The notes under the pieces: generated by a model | Told to the model about the DNA's origin: nothing | The model's database searches: none | What the model saw: only the letters and a program-made list of their open reading frames with translations | Made by a program: the position numbers and the translations under genes | Shown here: piece after piece, positions 13,471-25,201 of the stretch | How positions within the stretch are numbered: the first letter of the stretch is position 1 | How the letters are laid out: each line of letters starts with the position of its first letter | Source of the DNA: Euprymna scolopes | Lineage: Eukaryota | DNA length: 64,000 nt | Assembly: GCA_053919585.1 (NCBI GenBank) | Contig: CM132809.1 | Reading direction: 5' to 3' (one strand)

Positions 13471-14491
13471 TTGTGGCGTATTTATAAAATAACAATAAGA
13501 AGATCAATATCAATAGCAATTCTCAATTAATTTATACGACGAACCGATACCAAGTAAACGTTATTAATGTTCAGGAAAAGGCCTTCAGGCATTATGATGT
13601 TTTTTTTTAATTTAAATATATATTTTTTTTATTTTAATAAACTTTGATACAAATGGTAATAAATGCTGCAAAATTGTTGTGGAAATACTGATTTGTTTCA
13701 GCGGATATTTGGTAATAGGTTGTTTTCCTTTCATTGTATTTATAGTCGAATATCTGTTGCACAGGAAATTTAATTTGCGTACGCCTCAATACAAGTTAGT
13801 CTCTAATTAAAAAGACGTGCCTGCCACACAAGTAATAAAAGGAAGTTTTAAATGCCTCGCTTCAACAATATTGCCTCTTGCTCGACGTTTTAATTGCCCC
13901 GTTTATAAGTGTCCAAGTTTTTAGCGTTTTTCTAATATTCTAATTAATCTTCTTCAAAATTATACGGCATTTTAAATCTTTTTATTTCATAATTCATTCA
14001 ATTATATTATTTTTCCAAAGAAAATTGTCACTCAAAAATATCTTAAGATAAATTTTATTAGGACATAATTTTCTTTTATGAATCTCTTTTCTTTTTATAA
14101 CGCTTCTATAGAGATACTTCTCACAAAATTAAATTGTCTAATAACTAGGCAATCGATAGCATTAGTTTGCATAATTTTGCTTAAATCAGTCCAACAATAA
14201 TACACACAATAGCGGGAACAATAAATGGGCACACACACACTCACACACACATAAACCCACACACACAGGCAAACACGCATCTCTTAGTAAACAGTTTAAA
14301 GAATTAAGTAATGATATTCCTATCAATTCGAGGAGCAATAATAGGTTGTTATAAGAATATGCTTTTTAGATTATTTTGCCCTCATCGTATACACCAATGT
14401 TTTTTTTTTAACTAAACGCTCATTGATTGTACAGAACGTGGATTAAAAAACAACAATTTTGTTATAATCAAAAATCTGAGGTTTTACTCAC

Positions 14492-14599
14492 CTTAACAAT
14501 AATCCTTTCTACTTTCGGAACTCTTGTACAGTTTTGCAGATCCGTTTCTTTACAAAGATTAATCAATATGTTTACGTCAACATTTAATAATTTGTTTCC
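14492..14599 (-). CDS. Candidate 108-nt exon (GNKLLNVDVNILINLCKETDLQNCTRVPKVERIIVK)
   Basis: U-rich tract plus ctag acceptor, AAG|gtgagt donor, open 36-codon phase 0-0 frame in AT-rich DNA. No recognisable family. Confidence 0.4.
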
Positions 14600-14889
14600 C
14601 TAGACTCATCACAAAAAACAAAACAAACAATTCTTATGAAAATTGTCCTACGTTGTAATAAAAAAGATAAAGAATAGAAGTAAACAAAATACTTCCCTTG
14701 TTCACTATACACTGCCATATTAGTTTTATCTTAGTTTCATCGGAAAAAGGCATCTGTATCCTTGTTGCAGCATCGTTTGAAATTGTTCATTATATCTATT
14801 TCATGAAAGTATGTTCTAGTAATGTTCTTCTGCATTGCAGAAATTGCTATTTTTATTACATTTTCACCCCAAACAAGGAACATTGCCAC

Positions 14890-17165
14890 TTTTATGTAGG
14901 GGGCTACTATCATGGACATAAGCTAAGGCGTACTATGGGGGGAGTTGGGCAACAAGATGTTGGTTCACGTTACACTTGAACTTCTGCATGTTAGTACAGT
15001 TGGGGAAGCAGGAACCCGGAAGGGAATTCCAAATCTAGCCGCTATTGGGAAGAGACTACTGGAGTAGAAGGCTCTCTTATACCTAGGGGTCTCAACTGTG
15101 AGGGGGTTGGATTTTGCTGCCTGTCAGGTTTGTCGGGGGTATTTACGTCCAGGGGATACAAGTGCTGCAATTCCTCGGAGCATTCACCGTTAACTTAATT
15201 GTACAACAGGCAGAGAGATCCAACATTTCGTCGATGGGACAAAGGCTGAAGCTTATATGACATTTAAGGACCTATCAGATTAGCGACTCTCTTTTGAACC
15301 TTGTCTAGGAGTGAGAGACTGGTTGCAGATGCACCACCACAAATATGACAACAATACTCCATACATGGGCGAATGGTAGCCTTATAGAGGTACAGGATAC
15401 TTTCGGGCGTTAGTAGATTTCTAGCACGGTAGAGACAATCTACCTTTTTCACAGCGGTGCTGAAAATGCACTCAATGTAATTTTTCTTACACATGTATCC
15501 TGTGAACGTTGAGCCGAGGAGTTTAAACGATGTAATTTCAGATAAAGAGGCTAAGACCATTGCTATTGGTGGTGATGAACATTTCTTGTACATTGTCTTA
15601 TTGAAGGAAACAAGTTTAGTCGTGGCAGCATTGAATGTGGCCATCCATTTTTGTCTCCATTCCACTACAGATTAGTGTTTCTGCCATTTCTTTAGATATG
15701 TGTGCATTTGTTTTTCTGTCGTGTCTGTTATAGAACGTGGTGTCATCAGCATATATACCCATCTTAGAGAAAATTTGGACAGGGGGGGTAATTTATGAAT
15801 ATTAGGAATAATAGATGGTCAAGGAGAGACACCTGAGGCACTCCAGTTTTTATATCATATTTTTTAGATGTACAACCATCGAGGACAACTTAGATTTTTC
15901 TTATCGAAGAAGGATTTAATTATGTTAAGTATTCTTCCAGTGATACCGTATGATCTGATTTTCCTGACAAGACTTTCATGGCATACCCTGTCAAAAACCT
16001 TAGATATACATAGAGCTACAACTCTATCCTCACCTGCTTTGCCCAGTGAATGGTATATACGCTCAGAGACAACAGTGAGGATGTCTGTTGTGGAACGGGC
16101 TTGCCTAAATCCATATTACTGGTCGGTCAGAAGCTTAGCATCTGTAAGGTGATGGACTAGAGCTTGGTTAATTATGGACTCAAATATTTTGGCGAAAAGT
16201 GGGAGGATGCTAATAAGGCGGTACTTTACTGGGTCAGTTCTTTCGCCAGAATTCATGAAAATTGGTAGCAAAGAAGCAGTTTTCCAGCAGGCAGGAAAGC
16301 ATGGTCCCTTAAGGCATTTGTTGTAAAGTTTGGAGAGAACTGGAGATACATCGGTAGAACACTTATTTAATAACACCGCCGGGATCAGATCAGGCCCACA
16401 TGCTTTTGAAGGGTCAAGATTTGTTATGATAGCATGCACCTAGGAAGGGGTGATTTTCAGATTGTCTAGTGCGGTGTCTGTCCGCAAAGGAAAGTCAGGG
16501 TCCAGTTTGGAGTTTGAGGCACACCAAGTGGCAAGTATGGTATCTTTCTCGGTTGCTGAGCAAACAACCTTACGGTTGTTGGATAGTGGAGGAATTGTTG
16601 ATTGCCCATTATTTACTACACTGTTTTAGGTTTTCCAGAAGTCACGGGTTCTTAATTTCTGTGCTTCGGTGCGTTTTTTGGTGGGTTCAGTAAATTCTAT
16701 CTTAGCTGTCGCTATTTCTTTGTTACAGTTACTTATGTCGGTAAAATCTGTGGTACGCGTGCTGCCTTGCGCGATGACAGCTGCACAAGTAGATGTAAAC
16801 CATTGGGGAGAGTAGGCCTTTCTAAAAAAATCCCGCGTGGGAACATGTGCTTCAGTTGCCGTTTTGAACTATTCAGTGGTGTCATTTACGCACTGTTCAG
16901 GAGGAGGTGAAAAGACATTTCGCAACGGGGCGTCTCTGATGACTTCCCATTCAGCCTTTTTATAATATCTCGTTGTTTTGAGCAATGCCTCTTTAGTTTT
17001 GGCTCTAGAGGTTAGGGCGATTTCAACCATTATAAATACATGACTAGTGTTCCCAAGGGGCTGTAGGCATGTATAACACAATCATCTGTGGTCAGAAACA
17101 GATCTTACAATGATGCGTAGTATTCTTGCTGGACAGGGAAACGGATTGGAAACGTAACTATCTGT
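14890..17165 (-). mobile_element. CR1-clade LINE, 5'-truncated and degraded (end of APE endonuclease plus RT)
   Basis: PLGNTSHVFI (SDH region), LDPSKACGPD, YRLISILP, YADDTT, LYKATIRPCMEYCCHI; multiple stops and frameshifts. Confidence 0.9.
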
Positions 17166-17299
17166 GGTATGTAAAATGTGATAGTTTAAGCTATTTTGGC
17201 CAATATAAGATATTATTTTTTATAACATAACTATAATATCTTAACGGATTATTCTGATTGTACAACTTGTTTAAAACATACACCCCCTTAAAATATTAA

Positions 17300-18400
17300 A
17301 ATCGTGTCGCATATGTTGTGGATATATGCTTATTTGTTTTTTTTCTATATTTTGCTGTTTGATCACTTATTTTATTTGTTACATGTCTACTGAGATAATT
17401 TAAGCTAACCGACCTATAAGATTAACATTCATTTTTAAGTGCGTTATAAATATTCCGCATTTATTTGCTGATCTACAACATATTTTATATTCTTCGACCT
17501 AGTTAGTCTGGGACGAAGGGTACATAATTAAGTGTATGCAAAAATGTTAAATTACTTCCTCTATTTTGTTTAATTAGTTAACATTGTATGATTATAGAGA
17601 GAAACCTTAGCACCTAGGATTTATTTGCTCGGTATTTTCTTATTCTACGTAACATCGAATATTTAATGTAATATTTCGCGCAATTCTTCTCCAACCATTG
17701 CTCGGTTAGTTGATTTCTCATGTGCTCATCGCCAGGTGTTCTAGTCGAGCTTAGTTATTTCTGTTTCATTATTCATTATATATTACCATTCGCTGGCTTA
17801 TCTGTAGATTGGTTCGAATGTTACTATATTTATGTACTTTTACCATTAGATTACAATAACATCTTACTAAACATTTAATCTCTTCATATAATCTATCCTT
17901 TTTATCCAACATACTTCCTAGTTATCTAATTGCCATAGTTTTGTTACGTTTCTAAGCTATATAGGTTTAAGAAATGTTTTGTTATCAGTGTTTTCCTGTC
18001 TCTATTTATCAGTTTACAATACCCATCTTAATTGTTACTAAATTTATTTATGTTTGGTATGTCCAATTATGTATCTTGGTTTTAGTTTGTTGATATTTCA
18101 ATGCAGTTTTCCCATCATTTATATTTGATTAATATTTTCTCAATTAAGCATAAGTTGTACTCTGATCTTGTTTTGCTTCTCACCTTCCTTATGCATATTT
18201 TTGCTTATTTATTTTTAAATATGTTATTTTCGTTTTTCTTTAGTCTAATGTGAACATTAATTATTCTTATATAGGACACCGTGCACTTTATCTAGGCGCT
18301 TATGAATACATTCTCCTGAGATTTTATTATGTGATATGATTCAAGGATACAAAGGTAATATTTTTTCTATATATTTGGTGTATACTTACAAGCTCTCGTC
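17300..18400 (-). mobile_element. Possible very old Penelope-like remnant
   Basis: Weak relics only (VPFVP...RI, CGIFI, IRII). Boundaries uncertain. Confidence 0.25.
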
Positions 18401-18908
18401 AATATGGGTGATGTTAATTTATTTTCAGTTTTATTCCCACGGGATTTACTAAGAGATTTACCGAGTGCTCTGTTTTATATCTTAATAGCTTTTCTGTTTC
18501 TATTATTCATTAAGGTATTACTACTAGTATCATTATTATTTCATTCTCACTGTGGTTGCTGTTTGTTTCACCACCTATTTTAACTTAAAATATGTAAAAT
18601 TGTTACCGACTCTATCACTGAATAAGCGATATATCTACCTCAAGTACACTTTACTAATTTTTAATTATAACTTCATATATATAGTTAAATATTAATGCTT
18701 AAGTTTGATGCATGAAAGCCTATGTTTGGAGTTTGATATTGAAGTATAATAATCGCTGCGAAACTTACATGAAACTCTAATCAATACGGGAAGTTAAAAA
18801 AAAACATTAAGAAATACGACCCAACATAAGGATATCCATATAAATGTATAACGGATGAAAAGGAGAAGCATTCAAAATATTTGTTTAACGCTTTACATAC
18901 GCACATAG

Positions 18909-19042
18909 NNNNNNNNNNNNNNNNNNNNNNNNNNNNNNNNNNNNNNNNNNNNNNNNNNNNNNNNNNNNNNNNNNNNNNNNNNNNNNNNNNNNNNNNNNNN
19001 NNNNNNNNNNNNNNNNNNNNNNNNNNNNNNNNNNNNNNNNNN
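18909..19042. other. Assembly gap; others at 24392-24531, 31744-31874, 35754-35884, 36438-36569, 38522-38680 and 58016-58157
   Basis: N runs of 131-159 nt. Confidence 1.
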
Positions 19043-19256
19043 CGAAATGATCCGAGATTATAAAAATAAGTATATTATAAATATTAAAGAATCAATATTT
19101 ATAAATTAATCTCAACCAGATGTAAAAGCTCGATAAAATCAAATAGGAGATAGAGCTTATAATAAGAGCAAACAGTTAAGAAAACATGTTAACACACTTT
19201 GAAAAAGAGTTAAAACATATTTATTCTAAAAAGGGCACACTTGATAAGTGGATAGT

Positions 19257-19305
19257 CCTTAAGCGGAGTTTTGAAGAAATATTTTCCTTCTCATCAGAGG
19301 GTAGG
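19257..19305 (-). ncRNA. Degenerate hammerhead motif in the inverted pLTR copy
   Basis: cct-CTGATGA-gaagga aaatat ttcttc-AAAA-ctccgct-TA-agg; G12 of GAAA lost. Confidence 0.55.
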
Positions 19306-21328
19306 AATTAGGCAGACTGCGGAATCGGATTTTGCATACAAAATTATTTGATGAAACTTCAGTCAAAGATTTCACTTGATAACAAAAGGTGAAGCAGAGG
19401 GAATATGGTGAAAAAAAGGTGATTACACGTTAACGGATAGTCTGGTGAAAGGTAAATTATCCAATGACGGTAATATCCAAAAATATAAATCTAAGAAAGT
19501 TAATTGAATTTTCATTCGCACGAGTAAAATCCAAGGAAATCACGTAATTGGAAGATGGCCCAAAATAATCTACAAGGCCAAAATCCATGGAATTATTAAC
19601 AAATATGTACATGGATCATAAACCTAATTTCTATGACAACTCCTCCATCAGTTTGATCTGCCCATCTAACTCTGACTTTGGTGCTGTAAGCCAAAATATC
19701 TCATCATCCCTTCATCAAAAAACAAAAATAGATATCATCCCTTCTATTAAAGAAAAATGAAGTTTCTCTCTTTGGCTAAATTCAGATTCCGTAATTAATT
19801 GATTTGTCTCCCTTAAAAATAAAAACCTCCTTAACTTCATAACATTTGACATCCAAAATTATTGTCAATCAATTTCTCTTATCCTGTTAAACAAGCACTA
19901 ATCTTTGTTAAAAGAGATTCTGACTTAACTAATTTAGAAATTAAATTAATTCTCCTAACGAGAAAGTCCCTTATACAATTTAACAATAAGCTTTGGACTA
20001 GAAAGGACACCCTTGATAATTTAGACATCTTGATGGGGAGGGGGGCTTCTGACTCTGTAGAAGTAACTGACTCTTCTTACTGAAAGAACTTAAATACAAC
20101 TTTAAACATATTCAAGTGGCCTTTATAGAGACGATGACTTTTTTACTACAACAACCAGACCAAGAGAGTACAACACAATTAAAAAGTACATAACTTCTTT
20201 AATAACTTTGGTTTTTCTATGATTATCGAATCAAACAAAAAAAACTTCAAATTTTCAAGATTTTATACTTAAACTTAACACCTAAACTTATAGCCCCTAT
20301 CATAAACCCAACCTTACGCTTTTATACGTCCATAAATCTTCTAACCACCCCAACTCAATAATAAAATCTATAGTACCATCCGTCACTAGAAGGATTTCTA
20401 CTCTTTCTGTTGATAACACAACTTTTAATCAAAATGCTACTTTCTTCAATAATGCCTTAGGACTCAGGGCACGAGGAAATATTAAATGCAACCATTATGC
20501 TCCTCCTGTAGGCCGCCTTAAATCTGTAATCACACACAATATGACTCGTAAGAAACCAGTTAAATAACAAGATCTGCTGCTATCAATTAAAATGAGCCAG
20601 TTTACATATATAATCTCAACCAAAATACTAACCGTAATTTCTCTAACCCACCCAGTCGCATTAGGAGAAAGAAAAATATTTGGTTTACTCCTCCATTTAG
20701 CCTAAATGTCAAAACTAATATACCTAAGGAATTCTTCAACATTGTACAAAACCCTTTCAGATACCAACACATATATAGGTCTATTTTCAATAAAAACTCA
20801 ATCAGGATTTCTTATTCAACAATGCCTAATTTAGCACAAAGAAGCTTAATATCTAATAATAAAAAATTAAATCCGCCCCAAAAATCGCTTTTCCAATTAA
20901 ACCCAAAACTAAATAATAAATAATATGTAAATGTAATAACAAACATATTTGCCCAAAAAATGATGATTGCATCCATAAATATGTTATGTATTCATGCACA
21001 ATTACTGAGCTCCCACGCAATCCTCCCAAAACAACCACTAATAGTTCGTATTCAAGTTATCCTTCTCCCCATCCCCCATATGTTGTAGTTACTAATCCAA
21101 TATACCACTCTAGCAGCCTCTCGATCTACAATCATACAACTAGCAATAATAATAATAATAATAATAATGATAATAATAAATGATAATAATGAGAATAATA
21201 ATATTTCTCCTAACAGCCATGCTAACACTAACAACACTCATTATCCCCTCCAAAATAGTTCTCGTACATTTGTTTAACACTGTGAACAAATTTCAAACTA
21301 TTTAACTAATACAAATCAGCAAATTAAT

Positions 21329-21380
<52 letters not shown>

Positions 21381-22737
21381 TCAGACCTCGAGCTTTTAAT
21401 AAAGTACATACATAAATCGACGCTACTTCCACATTAATTAAGAAAACATATCAAATCAAATTTCTTCTTTTAACATGCATAATTCTAATCATAATCAAGG
21501 GACTTCTCTAACCACTTTAATTTAAAAACTTAACTCTAACAATACCCCTATATGGACTATCATAAAAAAGTTATGCCATACTCGAGGCTCTAAGTCATGT
21601 CGCCTCTGCACAACCGAAGGTATAACTATAATTACTTCTCAAAGTAACAATATAATACATTTTAAAAACGAACTGATCTCTTTCTGTAAACATAATCCAA
21701 ATTTAATTATAGTAATTTTGAAACGACATAGTTATTACTTTAACCTTTCAGATGAATATATCATTTTTCTTTAGTATTATCTTTTTTTTTCTACACAGTT
21801 TTTTTTAATATTTATAATTTAATAATCCTTTATTTTAATTCTTTATTATTTCTTTGCTTGACCGATTTTTATCTGAAATTTTCGTGTTAGTCTTAAAATA
21901 TTCCTAGCTATCTAACATATCAATCTATCTACACATTCATATCCTGTATGTATATTTACTTATATCTTACTGTATGCATTTACTTACATACTTACTTGCT
22001 TTATCCGGAATTTGCAGATACTGGCCATCCTCTCCCCTTAACAATTGTTTCTTATTTTATATTTTATTCTTTCTTTAATTGTATTCATTATATATCATTT
22101 ACTTATTTATTTATTTATTCCATTTAGCGTCTATTAACAATCTTGCTGACAGTTTCTTAAGTAATAACCTGTACATTTCAATTGCCCTATATTTTTTTAC
22201 CTACATTTTCCGCGCATTTTAACATCAGTCTGTCTGGATCATTTTGACATTTGCTTTTCTATTTTATATTCTATTCTATCACCGTTTAATTTTTTTCACT
22301 TCTTCTTCACTGGTTTTTCTCTTCTTCTTCCCTGATCATTCCTAATTACATTATGTCTCGGCAGCCGTGCCAGATGCATATATTTTTTTCTATTATTAAT
22401 ATTATTTGAATGTTCCCCCTTTTCCTTGTACATATTTGTAAATTATTCCATTGATTTCGACCCTTTGGATTATTTTTGACCATCTCCCAATTTGGTGATT
22501 TCTTGGATTTTACTTGTGCGAATGGAAATTCAATTAAGTTTCTTGGATTTGTATTTTTGGATTTTACCGTCCTTGGATAATTAACCTTTCACCAGACTAT
22601 CCATTCACTTGTAATCACCTTTTTCTTCACGATATTCACTCTGTTTCACTTTTTTTATTACCAATTAAGATCTTTGACTTACTTGCAGTTTCATCAGATA
22701 CTTTGTATGCAAAATCCGATCCCGCGTTGTGCTAATT

Positions 22738-22789
22738 CCTACCCCCCGATGAGAAGGAACATATTTCTTCAAAGCTCCGCGGATTAAGG
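22738..22789 (+). ncRNA. Degenerate hammerhead motif in the 3' pLTR
   Basis: CCGATGA-gaagga acatat ttcttc-AAAG-c-tccgcgga (palindrome)-t-TA-agg. This copy and the inverted copy together suggest an intact ancestral consensus. Confidence 0.55.
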
Positions 22790-22880
22790 ACTATCCACTT
22801 ATCAAGTGTTTTCTTTTTAAAATAAATATGTTTGAACTCTTTTTCAAAGTGTTTTTAACATTTTTTATTAACCGTTTGCT

Positions 22881-22924
<44 letters not shown>

Positions 22925-22928
<4 letters not shown>

Positions 22929-23800
22929 TTGATGCTAAATAAGTAAATACCGTCATATTAATAAACACATGTACTATACATACAATGTGGGAACTTTAGA
23001 GAATCTGGACGTTTCTAGGCCTTGATAAACTGCCAAGTTTTCAAAAAATTATAATTAATAAAATATTATAGACGTTAATGCAAACATTGGCAGAAACACC
23101 TATACGCAAGTTTTGGGGAATAAACTCGTATTATTTGGGAAAATGAGAAACAATTTATTCATTTGTTCCTTGTAAATTGGGCGTATCAGTTGAAATAATA
23201 TGACTTACAAACTGTTTTGATCACTTAATGAACTATTATTATATTTTTCATACAAGCTTTTCTTGGGAATTGGGCTCTTCTAGTTGATGTTTTTGTTCTA
23301 TAGGAGTTGGCACTGCGCCAAATATTTTCATAAATATTGAAGATTCTTAATATTAGATCGCTAATTACCAAGGAGAAGTCTATATGTGTTATTCCCAGTA
23401 AAGAGTACCCGCAGAACAGTAAAATTCTTTATCAAAAAGACTATATCACTTATGATAATCAATTCTCTTTAGTGTATGACACTCAACTTGTGCAACCATT
23501 AACTAATCGATATCCATAGTCTTACAACATATTGCACCATGTTTTGATTTATATATCCTAATTTAATTGTGCAAATATATATTCAATCATATATACGTGT
23601 ATAATTATAGTCATTTTAATATGTAGTTCCTGATTTTGTTCGTTGATATACTCAATATTATTCTAGTTGCAGACGGTATGTCGTATTTTTTTCATTATGA
23701 ATCACCTCGATTCATTCATTAATGTTGGACTATAATCAACAGTCTTACATATTCAAATTATTTACATGTAATTAATTAGTTTGATAGCTTTTTGTGCAAA
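22925..23800 (-). mobile_element. Possible degraded Penelope-type RT remnant ending at (TA)n
   Basis: Relics IFGAVPTPI (GxPMGSPIS-like) followed by QFVSHIIST (YVDD-like). Confidence 0.35.
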
Positions 23801-24875
23801 ATAACGCTTTATATTATAGTCTGATCATACATAACATGTATGCCGTGCTACACGTCCGGAAAAATTGAAGAAAGAGGTTGGTAATTATCTTTATAATAAA
23901 TAGATTAATCGGCGGATTACGTAGATTGTTTTACTCAACTAATGATAGTGTAGTCTGTTAAACCGTGATGTGTTAGAATTGCACGATATTTAAATATCAC
24001 ACTATAGAATGTTAAAGATATTGAAGTTTTCTCTCCATTATGCATAGCAATAAAACATTAGTTAGCATATCATAAATAACGTGATGCATGTGAAATGACT
24101 TAATGGGGTTTTATATGTGAAAGTTCACGGCGTAAAATCTATTGATAACCCGAAAAAGGCGTTAAGTGATGCTGAATAGAAAGCAGAAATAATAGCCGAA
24201 TGCAGACGAAAGTAGATGTGCATTTCTTCCTGGAGATTGAAGCAATGGTTTTCAGATAATATCAATATATGAATCTTAAAATATCGTCTAAATATGATGT
24301 TGCTATTGATTGTCAAACGGTTGGGCTCGAAGCCAATTCAATTCCGATTAGAATTTTACTGGAATATATGTTTTGTCCAATCCGTTTATTCNNNNNNNNN
24401 NNNNNNNNNNNNNNNNNNNNNNNNNNNNNNNNNNNNNNNNNNNNNNNNNNNNNNNNNNNNNNNNNNNNNNNNNNNNNNNNNNNNNNNNNNNNNNNNNNNN
24501 NNNNNNNNNNNNNNNNNNNNNNNNNNNNNNNGCGAGTTTTATCGAAATCTGATGTGATTTAAAGATTTGTTGTTGTCAAACATATACACACGGCCCTCTA
24601 TTTTTAAACTATGTTAGAACTATATGCATTGTTTTATAATAGAAAAGGCAATAACGATGGAAATAAAATGTGAGTAATTAAACCCTTGAAACCAAAGACA
24701 TTATGTTATTTCATAAATTGCTTCAAATTATATTGCTTGTCGCTTATTTTATCATTTTCAATGCATACTTGCCACACACACGTGTGAGATAATTTATATT
24801 TCTTTAACTTGATGAATTTTACAATATACCTTCATAAAAGCGAGTTTATAAATGCTAAGACATCAGAACGAATGC

Positions 24876-25201
24876 CGTTAGGTAATACGTGTAAGCCATG
24901 TTTAGTTTTAGAAAGTTTCTGATGGTTCATTGTTCAAGTCCGTGGAGGTAAGTGGTTAACAGTAGACTGTTCTCAAGTTGAAATCCACAGAGGCAAAAGA
25001 TTCATTCCGTGTTGACACGGAGAAAACACATGTGAAATCGCTACAGAAAGGTTTAATATTTATGGAGCAATTCTGGTTTCTGATTGGTTGGTAGCTGAAC
25101 GTGAATTCATTCGATTCGTCAGTTCTAAGCAGCATCGTTTATAAATAGAATCACTAGATTGTGCGGAATCATACCCGATTTCACTAAAGCATATTGTAAC
25201 A
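24876..25201 (-). repeat. Copia 3' LTR
   Basis: Diverged direct repeat of 29164-29487, ending tgtaaca on the plus strand. Confidence 0.88.

Larger units (their letters stand above)
19162..22885 (+). mobile_element. Penelope-like element (probably Naiad-type), 5'-truncated, with an inverted pseudo-LTR copy at its 5' end and its 3' end abutting (TA)n
   Basis: ORF relic about 19613-21725: DHKPNF, FITFDIQNY, LDILMG..SDSVEVTD, GLYRDD, PYHKPN...YVHKSSNHP, NIWFTPPFSLNVKTN, CKCNNKHICP...VMYSCTI, KSCRLCTTEG, KNELISFCKH. Segment 19162-19615 is a diverged reverse complement of 22423-22885. Confidence 0.9.

Noticed and set aside
18881-19063. ORFs spanning N runs at the assembly gaps
   Set aside because: Artefacts of ambiguous bases.
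20900-21900. Selenocysteine/SECIS as reported for some Naiad PLEs
   Set aside because: The conserved Cys codons are TGY and no convincing SECIS fold is visible.
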